Positions 24,801-38,553 of a stretch of DNA of 64,000 bases are shown one piece after another. The stretch covers positions 3,962,607 to 4,026,606 of the forward strand of contig CM082598.2 in NCBI GenBank assembly GCA_040954595.2, in the 5' to 3' direction. The position numbers and the translations under genes were made by a program. The stretch's first letter is position 1. The number at the start of each line of letters is the position of its first letter. The notes under the pieces were generated by a model that saw only the letters and a list, made by a program, of their open reading frames with translations, was not told the origin of the DNA and made no database searches. This DNA comes from Balanoglossus misakiensis. Taxonomy: Eukaryota > Animalia > Hemichordata.

Positions 24801-27761
24801 ACATTTGCCGATTTACAACACCCTTCACTACTACCAAGTGTGGAATTCTACATTTCATTTTATTTTTTCAACGTTTCTAATATTGCAACCTGCATTTAGC
24901 TTTCCTTTACAACAACGCATGCCCAAACAACGCTGTGACAACTGAGACCAAAATAGCTACCAAGAAAGATGACCTGACAAAGGAGAGAGCTCCTGCTTCT
25001 CAAACGACTGACAGAACAGGTGCAATGACATCTTTGCCATTTCATTTTACTCCTCATGCAATTTGCAAAATAAACTTCTGACCTCAAAATTTAGGTCAGC
25101 GAATGCTGGATATGGCCTCTAGCTCTTCAGGTCAATCAATCTGACTTCATCATTTCACAGGTCACATTTCCGAGTCAGCTACCGGTGTCTTCAGTTCACA
25201 GATTTTTTCCTCATGAACAGACATGTTCTTGAATGTTTAATTATAGTTAAAAAGCACAATGTACTAGACAAGACCTCGAGATCTGTCTTGAAACAACTGT
25301 CAAACAATTCACATATACATGTACTGTAAAACATTTCTACTGTGACAAATTTCACATAGGCTAGCAGCGGAAAATTTACATGTCCAAATGACATTTGATT
25401 TCATAAGCCATTATAATTTCAGAAATATAGTATTACATGCAAAATGTTAAGATTTATATATATTTCATGTTATTACAGAGTTTAAAATGCAAATTCGGTT
25501 TCTGTCCCAAAATGTATGAACTTTTCTTGTGAAGTCATTGGGATAAAACTCATCACTGAAGCTAACTGCATTCAGACTTTAAAACTATTTTTCACTTTAA
25601 AGTATCTGACAATACGAGAATATTGATATTTCTGAAAGTGATACCTTTTATCAGCTAAATTCGGCAACTGACCTGGAAATTAATATGATCATAATTCTAC
25701 CTTAGAGCCAACTGCACACAGATCATAAATTATTTTTTCTGCAATCATAAGTGCATCAACTCATGAAATGAAAGGTAATTTAATATTAACGCTGTCCTGC
25801 AAACCTATGTGATCATAATTCATTTTTTAATTATATTCAACTTATCTATGAATATCTGATGACTAGGGCATCATGCAGTGTTAACAGCATACAATGATTA
25901 TGAGTCATTGAGTTTTTTCATAGCGTGTCATAGATTCCTCTATTTCACTCTTTAATTCATGATGACGGAACAATATTATTGTATTTTCCAACTTAGACAC
26001 GGGCACTATCGACCTGCAGTGACCAAAATTTCCAATCCAGTCTGAACATCATTTGCAGCGTTAGAGTTTTCCATGTTTCTGCAGTACTTCCACCATCTGA
26101 GGTCCCGGATATTGGTAACAAGCTCCGGAAATCCACCGGCATAAAACCCTTCCTCCCTGCAGAGTGTGCACGCACGTCCGAGAAAACTCTCCAAGCTATT
26201 GAAAACATAGTGAGGACACCCTTAAAGCCCTTGGAAACACAATTGTAGCCACATCCAGACATAAATCCCATAAACAGTAGCCATGAACATGATGAAGGGT
26301 TTATGAATCTGTTTCATTGACAGTCACAACTTCATGATTTCTGCCAAGTGAAGCTAATGCTGTCAACTCAGGTTAAACAACAGTACATACAGTCGCATAT
26401 TCAAGGTGGGGGGGGGGGGTTAGCGACAGCCACAAAGCCAAGGATTAGCAACAGTCATATATCCAAGGATTAGCAAAAGTCACATATCCAGGATTAGCAA
26501 CAGCCACATAGCTATGGAGAAATCACCAGTTGCCAAACACTGGCTAAATTTAGGGCGATAAATACTTCATGCCAGTTCAGGCCTAATCCACGGTATTTTT
26601 ATTCTGACTTTTGAAATTACCAGTATATTCCACGCAGGTCATATTTTCGAGAGCAGGCACATGTCCCTATATGCAGATTATGTAGACTACAGCACTAGAT
26701 ATAACTACAGGGGTGAACAAATCATCGATCTAGTAGACAGGAAAATCTTTTTACTGATTGATGAAAAGGTCATCAATTCTGCATGACTGCTGTTAAGTTC
26801 CATCATGTCTGGAACTTCACAAAAATCTGGTGACAGTGATCGACTATTTGAACCGATGACCAGATAGATATCCATGAAATTGTATGCAATTCATCATGGC
26901 TGTACAAGGCACATTACTACACGGTCTATTCATGCATGATTGCTGCATTTCTGCGGCTAAAATTTCCAATCAAAGTGATATAATCTTGAATATATCTCCC
27001 AATTAAATCATGGTGTCATCGCTTTCAACTTTCCAACAGCTGATCAGTTCAGTCAGACAGAATTGATAACTTGTATTTATCTCCTGGGTTAAACAGTTTA
27101 CTACATGTATCTTTTTGGAATATCAAGAAATCTCAGACTTCTGATGGAAGACTTGTTAACTACATGTACAGACATACCCCTGAATGTTTTAAAAGTGAGA
27201 TGCGATTTTACTGTTCCCACATACGGAAAATCAATTTTGATGCTAAGGGGGATATTACATGCGAGGCAAAAGTTGATTTGTAGAATAAGTTTTAGCCTTT
27301 TTGGGACAGAAAACAGTTGATCTGCATTGCAAACTCAACAATATGTGCATCACTGCAAGTGCAGGTCTCAGCACTTTCTCGTATCCAGGCATATAGTGTA
27401 CCCCCATGTACGACAAACAAAATATACACGTTTTGAAGTTCTCGTAAAGAGGTGTTTTTTATCTAGTGTGGATGGATAAAAGACAGACAATATAATAAAC
27501 ATTTCTGGTGTAGCTACAGGCTGTAACAGAATTCACTATTTCATCAATTCTTACTGGTGCATCATTCTGCACACACTGCAAGCAGTCATCAGGGACAAAC
27601 AGTTTTCCACTGTGAAGTTCTTCCGAATCAAAACCATGACGTTGAAAAAATAAACAGCCCTAACCACATGGAAAGTACCTGAACCGGCACTGCAGACATC
27701 TGCCAATGGTCATGCAATCTGGCAACATGGTTCTTTGTCGAATATCTGAGCTTCGAAAATA

Positions 27762-27850
27762 CAGTCGAACCTGTCTATAGTGGCCAGTCAAGGGAATTTC
27801 CTAAACTGGCCCTTATATACAGGTGGCCTAATTTACATAGCTTAACTACA
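27762..27850. mobile_element. Truncated Tc1/mariner-type MITE, family B
   Basis: TA|CAGTCGAACCTGTCTATAGTGGCCAGTCAAGGG is nearly identical to the 5' end of the 58278 copy; right TIR not seen. Confidence 0.7.
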
Positions 27851-29861
27851 GTCTCCCTAATGAACTAATTTTGGGAGAGCAAAAGAGACATTGGCAGACG
27901 AAGATGATTATTTTCAAGCACTCCAACATCTTGCCGCAATCATTTTATCAATGTACTTCCAGTCACATGGTCTTCCAATCTGTCACCAGTTGATTTCACA
28001 TAATTGTCAAATAATATACTCACTTGGTCCTAACTGCCTGGCTCACTGCACTAGACCAGATAATTTCTCCCTTCCTATTAAAGTTTATTTATCCAGTCGG
28101 CATATAAATATTCCACTGACAGGGAATTCCTGTTGCTATCAGTTTTTTGAAATTCAATACTTCTCATCAGATTCCTGTTTAATATGGCTCTCAATGTCTG
28201 ACACTTTTTGAAGTGTTTGTCTGCGAGTAAAATCTGTCGGCCTCTTTGCCGTCACCATCACCTGCCATTTCAATCAGTGACGTCACAATTACAATCTCAA
28301 TGGATTTGTGTCTGTCTTTTTCTATTAATTTAATGATTTTAGTTTCAAACTCGTGTTCTTGGGAATCTTTTTATAATAACTGCTAGTTGGTGCTATGTGC
28401 AGTGATGAGAGGGCTGTTCAAACTGTAGTTGGAATTTGAATTTGCTTCAAAACATCTTTACTTCATAAATAGGTCAGTATGTGTTGGACAATTATGTATT
28501 GCGAACAATTACAGGCAGTGAGGATGATTTAAACATCATCCCATGAGTGGAAGAAAAGCACAAAATAGCACGACTCTCTTCCTCTTCACTGTTCAACAAT
28601 TCTGTCTACTTATTTCAATCACTGATTTTATGGACAGCTTGTTATGACACAGAATGCCAAGCAATGGCGACACTTTGCCCCAGATGAATGATTTACACTG
28701 TGTTGATGAACTTGACAGTTGGTATTTTACTTGCACACCATCAGTGATGCACTCTTGTAAAACCTATCGACAGCTCTCTCATCCCCAGATAAACTTTCTG
28801 CACGTTAATTTATGTTTTCCTCTCAGCATCCCACAGTAGTGACAGAAGATGGATCATGTCCTCAGATTGTATTCTGTTTACAGTGTCAACTAGTTAGCAA
28901 CAAAATAACCATGTCCGAAAAGAACCGACGTATTATTTTCATCTGTAAAAACACCGGCTGTGGTGTTTTCATTTTCTTCTGAGACAACAAGCAGCCGATT
29001 GATCAGTTTAATAATTTGTTGTATAAAGTTTTTGAGGTAACTTCTATAGTAGGGGTTATAACTCTCAATTGGCGCGTACGTTTGCATGTATTCCTTGTCC
29101 GGAATGCATGTACTGTAACGGTACAGCTGGAAGAGGCAGCAAACTTTTGTCACGTGTTTATCCATCAACTTCAAGCACGGAACCTGTAACTGCACACGTA
29201 CACACATACCTGCCAAGTTTAACATTGCTAAGCTTACAAAAACCACACAACGTGCAGCCAATTTTTGGTCGTTGTATTTATTATTAATCAGCCTATTCTC
29301 CCAGCTGTGGCTGTAACCACAGAAGGGCCACCATAGCACTCAGGTTTGCTGCAGCTGTGGGTATCCATCCAGTCAGACATTTTTTAACAAGGATGGTTTT
29401 CATAACAAAGTCCAAGGAAAAGAAAGTACGATTTCTTGCCACAATATGTTTCCGGCATCTTTGAAGTATAGTATTTTTCCTCCACAGCGTTTGTGTGGTC
29501 TGGTTGAAACTTCCAGCCTCCCAAAGGATGCTTGTATTCCCGGACAGAAATAACTTCCCTTCTTTTGGACAGTGTCTCCCCACACACCACTATTTTCCGT
29601 CTGGGTCTTTCCGGATTACAACTTCAAATATGCGTGAATTCCCTCTGTACACCAGGATACTTTTTGAAAAGTAAACATACATGTCCATGTGTATTTTACA
29701 AAACCGCAAACTGACCATTAAAAGTAAACCTTGGTTCAGTCAATTGACAGAGGAGTGTTTAACCATGATTAAAGTTTTCCTAAAGCCAGAAACTGCAAGC
29801 TTTATTTAATACCAAATCTTATAATCTTAATCCACTAGCATTGCTGTATTCTGAGGTTTAA

Positions 29862-29958
29862 CCCTTTCTGGCCGGATATCCTATATATAGGAGAAATTTG
29901 GGTACGTTCCCAGAAAGCCTTAGCCTAGTTCCCAGAAAGCCAGCTAGGCTAGAAAGGG
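29862..29958. mobile_element. 97-bp piggyBac-like MITE, second family
   Basis: TTAA|CCCTTTCTGGCC ... GGCTAGAAAGGG|TTAA, with an internal direct repeat gttcccagaaagcc x2. Confidence 0.8.
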
Positions 29959-31106
29959 TTAAAAGTGATATAATCTTTGCAGGGTTTAAAAATTCATGGA
30001 TTTGACCCTGAAACGAGTTCAACAATAAACCAAAATTTAATTGACGATGTGTAAAATAATTAAATATACATGGTCGTCTTTATGACTGAGTGCCAATGTT
30101 CATTAGGTCAGAACAGGAACCGCAAAGATAGATTTCTTTGACTGTAAGAGGCCTACCTTGTCACGTCGTATCACACTGATATTACGGAGACTGTCACAGA
30201 AATCCCACGTTTCAAAGGGCTTGCCGTCCTAGCCTCTGGGATTGTTTATATAAACAATTTCAGTTGGAAACTCTGCCCACGAAACTTCCTCTGGTATGAT
30301 GCATGATTCAGAGGACAGACCGGCAACGAATCCTTGACCAGATAATTTTGTTTAATACTAGATAATTACTAAAACAAACTTCCCAGGTGCAGACTGCTTG
30401 ATTTTTTTTAAATGAAATACCCAGGAGCTCTGTAAATACTTTCAATGTGACCTAGAAAACAGTTGTCGTCACTGGACATCAGGCGCGATACATCAATTAG
30501 TGATGTAGGTCAAAATACCGCCAGATTAATTGGCAAAGTGTCAAAACAATCGGACCAGATTGTATACTTGTAACCAAAGGATATAATTCTTGCCGTGAAC
30601 TGTGTCTAACTGTTAAAAAGATAGTTTATGTTAACTGGAACTTTATGGCGTTCACATAGGGACCATTGAAACGTTTCTGAAACGTCTCAGCTCAAATACT
30701 GGACTTCAGTACAGGTAGCATCTTTGATAAAGTGCTATGTGAGGAAATTTTTGAACTGACGGACAAAACTGAAAATTTTGCGAGAAAAAAAACTCCTGCC
30801 AAGTAGAACAGGCTGCAAGTTTTCATGGACTACAGTCTCACTTAAGTGTTAATTTAAGCCTTTAGGCAATACTCGTGTATTGCTGTCGGCAAAATGTGAA
30901 AAATGACAGAAAAGCAGTCTAAAGTTCTGTATTCTATCAATAAACTTCGCATAGCAAGTGTTGTTTATCTCCTGTTACAGTAACTCTATAAGTTTCTGTT
31001 TTGCAAAGTGACAGAACTGTCATAGATGTGGAAAGGGGCTGGCATCTGGTTGAAGACACCTGTCTGGTTTTCTCTTTGGTCCCAACTATACATTGGTCAC
31101 TTTTAA

Positions 31107-31191
31107 CCCTTTCACCACCATGGTTTGGTCCAAATCCATTGTTTTCTATGGTAAAGTTGGACCACTGTAAAGGGAACTGGGGGTGAAAGGG
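31107..31191 (+). mobile_element. 85-bp piggyBac-like MITE, family A copy
   Basis: TTAA|CCCTTTCACCACCATGGTTTGGTCC...GGGGGTGAAAGGG|TTAG. Confidence 0.82.
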
Positions 31192-33269
31192 TTAGTTCTG
31201 TGAGGACAATCCCGCAAAAACATGTTTTGTTTGATAAACATGAATTATAGAGCAGATAAATCAGAGATGGTCAGAGACTTTTATAATGTTTATTTTTCTA
31301 TATTCCAGTAGAACTTTGTAAGATCGATATCCAATATAGCCACACTTCACACACATCCTAGACTAGATCAGAACTATGAACTCAACCCCCTTTTCCAGGC
31401 CACCTCCGGAAAATCACACCAGCTCAGCCGAGATGCAAGAGACACCAATTAACCAGCTATAGTCTAGAATCGAGCCTGGTTACAGATAGGGCAAACTGTA
31501 GAATCTGAAACGACAATCTAGACTGCAGGCTACCTACCAACAAGCCACCAAGTATGGATACTACATTCTTTCCATACAATTAAGCAGACCAACTTGTTCT
31601 CTCTCCCTTTTCCACAAACCGCTGCCCTTGACATCTAACCTGGCAACAATCACATTACATGCCGGTGCATTCGCAGTAATTATTGCATGATCTGGAAGAA
31701 GAACATCTGTGTTGTCAGCTTGGCTATTAAAAGTCAGTCCAGACTGAACCGGTACAATTCGCAGCTTGAATAGTGAGGGTCCATTCACTCTAACTTTGGC
31801 TATATTTTTTCTCAGTATTTTGGCTGTGCAAACACTATAACAGCTTCTTGTTCTACCCCAAATACTATTTAATTGCATACAACAAGATGCATACTCAACA
31901 CATCAAAATTTATATATTTTAGATATACAATTACAATACAAGCTACTGTCTTTTTATAACCAAATTTATACTTTGTTGATGCAGTATGATATTAAAGGAA
32001 GTCACTCAAACCTTTAGGCAACATTGATTTTGCTGCTGATCTATTCTTTTTTGCGTTCCCTATAAAGTTTGTATCTGCGTATGAAAGCAGCAAAGTGACA
32101 CACTGTAGCCTGTACACAAGCCAGTCTGTGCCAGCTACATGCATATGTATCTGACAGGCTGCAGTAACTGGATACCACTGGCACGTGCCTTATTGGATTC
32201 TGACCCCTGTCTGAGCGGTAGGAATTGTCAATTTACCAACGGATGAATAACAAAATGGTCTGAATGTAACAGTAGAGTGGGTAGTACTCCTGCAACTCTT
32301 GTTAATGCGAGATGTCAAATGTCGGAGATGCTTTGTCTGCACGGTAGATAACTTGGGTGGATATGAAATTAATTGAAGTTGCTAAAAATAAATCCACTTT
32401 GGCAGGAAAATTATAGGGAATACTGGTTTATTTTTGTCTATTTTATTTTTTGTTGTGTTGACGTAGTAATTGATAATTCGTGTGGATGTAAAGTAAAGAT
32501 GACTGTAGATCTTCAACAAACTCTGTACATATGATGAAAACTATACAAAAGCAATACTTGTATGTTAACCCTTGGACTTGCATTACTACATTTGTAACCC
32601 TCACTGAGTTTGACATTGACCACCAAATTGATTTATGGAGAACATCTGAAATGCGCACTAAGGGTTGAGAGAGATGCACAGTGTGATTGAGTTCCGGTGA
32701 ACCCCTGAACTCTCTCACACACCACTCTTCAGCCATGCACTCATCTGTGAAATTACTCACACTAAGTGCAGGCAGGGCAAAGGGGGGGTAATTAAACAGC
32801 AGGGGATTATGCAATGCAAACACTTGAACTGGCCAGTAACGTTTGAATTCCTCATTTGCATACAGTTTTTCAACTTTTTTCAGAACGAAAGTTCAGTAAC
32901 TTGCAACCCATTTCTGACAATTATTTCACCCCAGGCACATTACTGGTACTATGAATGTACTACATGTGATTTTTCATGAAGTTTTATCGAGAAGAATTTC
33001 TTTAATTCCACTTACAAAATTGTGATCACGAAATTCAAAGTGACCTTGAAGTTAAAAAATCAAAAAAAAAATATCTGCCATACCCACACAAAAATTAACC
33101 CCCTCAGGTTTTAGAAACATTATTAAACTCCTCTATTCATAATTTTGACATGAATATATCCATGCCGTGGGTCAAGGACCACAATTTACAGTGCCATAGG
33201 TCAGTCCTGAGAAGTCAGTCAGCGTGAATAGTGTATAGACTCCGTATGTAATATGCTAATGAGAGTTAA

Positions 33270-33553
33270 CGACGCGTTGAAAAGGAAGCCATTACGTCAT
33301 GGGTTAACATGCGTTGACCTACTTCAATGCATACACATATGGCAAACACGGCTGTACTCGTCGATGGCGAAGGCAATTTTTACACCGTCATTACTCCACA
33401 ACGGAGCGGCTCACACTATTATAAATTCACGGTAACTTAGTTCAATATCTTCCTAACCTACCCAATTTTTTTCAAGACAAGAAATCTTTTCCGTGAGTCA
33501 GGGACCACAATTTAAACCAACATACCGAAACTGTCTTTCTCGGGAACGCGTCG
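33270..33553. mobile_element. 284-bp TTAA-flanked element with short TIRs
   Basis: TTAA|CGACGCGTT ... AACGCGTCG|TTAA (perfect 13-bp inverted match including TTAA); interior CpG-richer than the flanks. Confidence 0.6.
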
Positions 33554-34676
33554 TTAAAACTTCACGAAAAATCATCCTATCATTGACTGTGGTGTTTCAT
33601 ACACGTCTTAGAAAAATGGATGCACTACGATCACTTGAAGTACCGAAAATCTCCGTTTGAAAATTTTTCCAACCGGCCGTAACTGCCACTCAGTGACGTT
33701 CACATTCAAATAGATCTCTTTGATGTCACCGCCGTAATTACCCCCCCTTTGCCTTGCCTGAAGTGTACGTGTGTACCACTGTTTGTGTCTCGCTCACAAG
33801 TGCCTGTGTGTTGACTCATGACCTGGTACATCCCTTGTGGCCAAAACCGATAGAAGCAGTAACAGTTTCACAATTTTTAGCATCCTTTTGTGTGTCGTGT
33901 AGTTCTCGTTCCAATCTCTCGTACATGGCCATAAAAAAAACTTGCTGATCATAATCATAAATTTCCTATTAATTTCATGTTAATAGTAATCTTGAATTTG
34001 ACGCGAACTAGCCATTTTGTTCAAAAATTGGGTGCTGCATATTCGTTGAAGCAGTGGTGGAATCAGAGCAGGGAACCAGAAAAAATTCGCTCTCAGAGTT
34101 CAGAGCCCTCTGAAGCTCTGAAAAGTCCACCTCACCTCTCAAGTTCACGATCCCTTGTCCAAGTTCAATGTCCAGCTATGGTCAAGGACTTAATTACCCC
34201 CCTACAACAACCCAAGTGTAGGTTTTCTTCACACACTAACCCAAAACAGCTAAAATTCAATTTCCAGACTGATAGGCCAATAAACTTGATCAACAACAGA
34301 TCTGGTGTCTCTCTGTCCTTGTCCTCAGACTCGATCACCATTAACGGAAGGAGCAGTAATTTCAAACCCTGGCAGTTTTTTTCTAAACAAATAAATAGAG
34401 TAAACAGGATACTTTGCAACCAATCCTTAAACAATTTTGACAATGTGTTTTTCAGCTGTTGTACATTATCACTGTCAAATGCTCAAGAATGAATCCCCTA
34501 CAATTCGGTTAATGGAACCAGCCTGTCACATTTTGTGTTTGGGGAATATTGTTCCATTACATACAATGCAGCAGGCAAAAGTGCCAATGTCCAGTCTTGA
34601 TCGACTTTCAATTTCTGGGCTTTGCAATCTCCAAATTGTCATCAGCCTGCTAGAAAATCGCATCACAACTTGGATG

Positions 34677-35290
34677 CTGCATCACTGTGACTGCATCACA
34701 ATAGGCCAATCAGTGGACTGCATCACAGTATTATGCAATTATGTCACAGCGGACACTATCACTGACAACACTGCATCACTGTGACTGCATCACAGTAGGC
34801 CAATCAGTGGACTGCATCACAGTATGCCATTGCATCACAGTGGACACTATCACTGACAACACTGCATCACTGTGACTGCATCACAGTAGGCCAATAGTGG
34901 ACAGCATCACAGTATATATGCCATTGCATCACAGTGGACACTATCACTGACAACACTGCATCACTGTGACTGCATCACAGTAGGCCAATAGTGGACAGCA
35001 TCACAGTATATATGCCATTGCATCACAGTGGACACTATCACTGACAACACTGCATCACTGTGACTGCATCACAGTAGGCCAATAGTGGACCGCATCACAG
35101 TATATATGCCATTGCATCACAGTGGACACTATCACTGACAACACTGCATCACTGTGACTGCATCACAGTAAGCCAATCAGTGGACTGCATCACAGTATGC
35201 AATTGCATCACAGTGGACACTATCACTGGCAACACTGCATCACTGTGACTGCATCACAGTAGGCCAATTGCATCGATACATCACAGTGGA
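34677..35290. repeat. Minisatellite, 91-94 bp unit, about 6.5 copies
   Basis: Units start at 34677, 34771, 34862, 34956, 35050, 35144 and 35235, and are built from GCATCAC(A/T)GT sub-repeats. Confidence 0.95.
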
Positions 35291-37179
35291 GTCTTCACTG
35301 ATGGGCAGAACAAAATTCACCTCCCAGATTTCCAAGATAATTCACTCAGAAATCCCTAAAGAACTTCAACCACATCAAAAACTACATGTGAATCGACTGT
35401 TGACAAGTGTGATAATGGTTTGACCACTTTTGATCACTCTGTATCTGACCAACTACACCAATATTTATCTTGGGAGTCCAGTTGGAAGATTAGATTTAGA
35501 CCCTATCACTATCACTGGTTTTCAGTAGGTAATTTATGGCGTTGACTCCATAAATCAAAGTTCACAGTACTGTCCTGGAATTGGCCTACTCGATCCGGAA
35601 TAAAATGTCGCACACAGACTAGTGTTTTACGGAAAATCAATGCGGGATTATAGTCATGTGACTGCGGTACAAATAAATACACATGGTTGAGCGCATTTAT
35701 AGGAATATTCAAATATCTATGTCCACAATTTCTGTGTGGATCTGATATGTCATGACCAGAAAATACGATGGTGCCATATTGATGGGGAAGTTCGACAAAA
35801 CTAGCAATTACCAGGTACCTGTACATGTGATAGCATGGTTGCCAAGTTTTTAAAGATTTATGAATTATATATTAACTTCTTGAAAAAAAGGTTTGAAAAT
35901 GATGCCATGCGGACAGATATGCTACAGGGGAATTACTTGCACAGCTCAGGTCAAATAACAGGAACTGAAACAAAACTAAAAAACGCGCTGACACTTTTAG
36001 TACTTCCGTAACAGGTTATGCGAGAAGACAAAAACTTGTTATTTGTGATTTACGAGAGGGCCAGTTAAATTTCATGATGAGTTTTGCAGTCGGCGTCAGC
36101 AATTTAGCAGAAGGCGCCAGCTCCGCAGAAATGACCTTTACCAATGCGGGTCACGGTTCATGTCGGTGGTTTTTAAGCATGAACAAATGTGGGTATGCCC
36201 TAATGCTGCCTGTTGATTTTCCCGCCAATAGAGATGATCTTTCAACAAACTGAGAGGAAATGAATCATTATTTCGATCAAGAACTCAAGTGCACAAATCT
36301 CGATACTGGGATAAGCACAGAGATGCTTGCAACAGCTGAGAGACATTGAATGTGTAGGTGGTGGTTTCAATGTAAGCCATGTGTGAATGTTTACGAAAAC
36401 CAACACGAAGTTTGGTGCCCTGCATTGGAATAATGGCCATGTTAATTGCCAAACATTTAAAGTGACAAAATCACTATTTTTGACATCCTTTTGTTATTTC
36501 AGTTTCTCTTGTATGTTCTCATACAAAAATATCTCCCCATGATATCAAAAGATATCAACTTTGTCTATCAACTTTGTCCCTTTATAGTTCAACTTTCACT
36601 ATAGGTTTACATTTGTTGTGAATGCATGTTCCAGCAAGATAAGAAATTGGAAGGGGTGTGTACAGTACAATATAGGCCTGGCTCTGCGGGCGTTTCCCCA
36701 AAATTTATCTTGACTTTTTCAAAAGTGCATTAGCCCTGGTATTAATAGCAAAAAAACTACATATTAACCTTTGAGACACAGAGATTGTCATGAGAGGTAT
36801 GCATGCTTCAAGCATCACACAAAATTATGGTAAATCGACAAAAAAAAATGGGTATATTCAAGTAAAAATCCACTGGGCTGGTGAAGTTCGCATATAATAT
36901 GAAATGGCAGGATCACAGAGTTCAACAAACTGTTTTAATAAGGTTCATTTCATTACATGAAATAGCTTGTTTGAGGTCGTCAGGGGTCACCATTTTCAGG
37001 AAAAAATAATTGATTTTGAAATTAATGAGACTGAAAACAATTCAACCTAAACAAATTACTGAGTTGCTGTATTTTTAAAACCAATTTGACTTGTGGGCGT
37101 CCAATTACTATTATTCGCTTATGCTGGGTACTTCAACTAGGAACTGATACCCCTTGCAAAGGGTTTATATAATCACATA

Positions 37180-37450
37180 TGGGGGGGAGGGGGGGGGCAA
37201 CAGAAAAAAGATCAGGGACGCAACAGAGAAACCAGGGGGGGGGGCGACGACCAATCAGGGCGCACCAAAGAAACTGATCGGGGGTGCGATAGAAAAAATG
37301 ATCGGGGGGTGTAGGGACACGACAGAAGAAACTATCAGGGGTGCAAAAGAAAAACCAGGGGGGGGGGAACAACCAATCAGGGTGCAACAAAGAAACTGAT
37401 CAGGGGCGCGACAGAAAAAACGATCGGGGGTGCGAAAGAGAAACCAATCA
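37180..37450. repeat. Degenerate G/A-rich tandem repeat, about 30-bp unit (gaaaaa..gatcRgggg.gcRac)
   Basis: Repeated gatcagggg/accaatcaggg motifs and long G runs. Confidence 0.8.
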
Positions 37451-38478
37451 CTCTCTGCTTGAAAAGCTTACATGCACGAACTGCAGGCTCGTCAGTTTTC
37501 CTGAAATAGCCCACAAAAGTGGGCAGAGTTCCAAGACAAATTGGACACAGAACGGAAGACTATCCTGTTCGCAGTTCTGCTCCATTAAACACATGTAGCC
37601 CGTGTTGTTAGTGCCTCTTACCGAGCTGAAAAATTACGCCGACTTGGACTGTTATCGTGGATGTCAAGGGGCACTTGATAAAACTCTGGTACTCACTCCG
37701 TTTATTCTTGTGAAGTGATGATGGCTTGTAAGTGGACCGAACGCAAACTGATAACCAAAACAGGTTACCCTCGTTTCAACTACACAAGACCACAACTTCA
37801 AACAGTCGAACACCCTGGTTAGTCACAGATGTCTTATGCACAATGAAAAGTCCTTCGATCTCTGCATGTTTTTTCTTACATGGTAGATTAATGTGATTTG
37901 GAAAAATCCCCCCCCCCTTTCGTTTCAAAAAACATGTGACTGTTTTCATGTGCTGTAACTACATTTTCTACATGTACTACTGTAACTAGCTGTTGACAGG
38001 TGACCATATTTTGGAGTACACCTAAAAATATTATTCAAGTTTACCGATATATGTCTTGGAAAACTGTAACAACTGACAACATACCGGTACATTTTGTATC
38101 TCTCTGTGAGTAACATATGACATACCATGACATAACCTTTCACTATAAACTCACCAAAGTAATGGGAAATGATCTGGTTGTCACGGTTATTGAGGCCCGA
38201 TGAGCTGCCACGTTTTTAACGATAAAATATCTTCTCCATTTCCTTAGCCGACGGTTTACATGTACAAAAACCACTTTAGTTGTGTGCTAGCTCTTTCAAC
38301 AGACTGAATGAATGGATTATCTTCTTGATGACATTGAAACAGCCACAATCAGAGACCTTGATAATTGGTTTGTGTATATATACCCATTTATAGTAAGTTG
38401 ATATTTAAATGGACCAATCTATGTTTGAAAGTAAAATCACAAAAATAATGCATAAAGTGGCAGATCATGGGGCTTTAA

Positions 38479-38553
38479 AGGGACAAAGTCTCTCTCTCGC
38501 AGCCCTTTTTCCGTTTATTATGTTTGATACAAGACACTGGTTACTTTGTCCCT
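38479..38553. mobile_element. 75-bp Kolobok-like MITE
   Basis: TTAA|AGGGACAAAGT ... ACTTTGTCCCT|TTAA, perfect 11-bp TIR. Confidence 0.7.

Noticed and set aside
27890-28800. Possible degenerate LINE fragment on the minus strand
   Set aside because: Stops in all frames and no diagnostic RT motif found.
33977-34492. 171-aa plus-strand ORF, with a faint 'AFDS...KDWLQS' reverse-transcriptase-like echo on the minus strand
   Set aside because: No recognisable domain or convincing splice context; the similarity is too weak to call without BLASTx.
34677-35290. CRISPR-like array
   Set aside because: Whole units are near-identical with no unique spacers, there are no cas genes, and the context is a eukaryotic intron.
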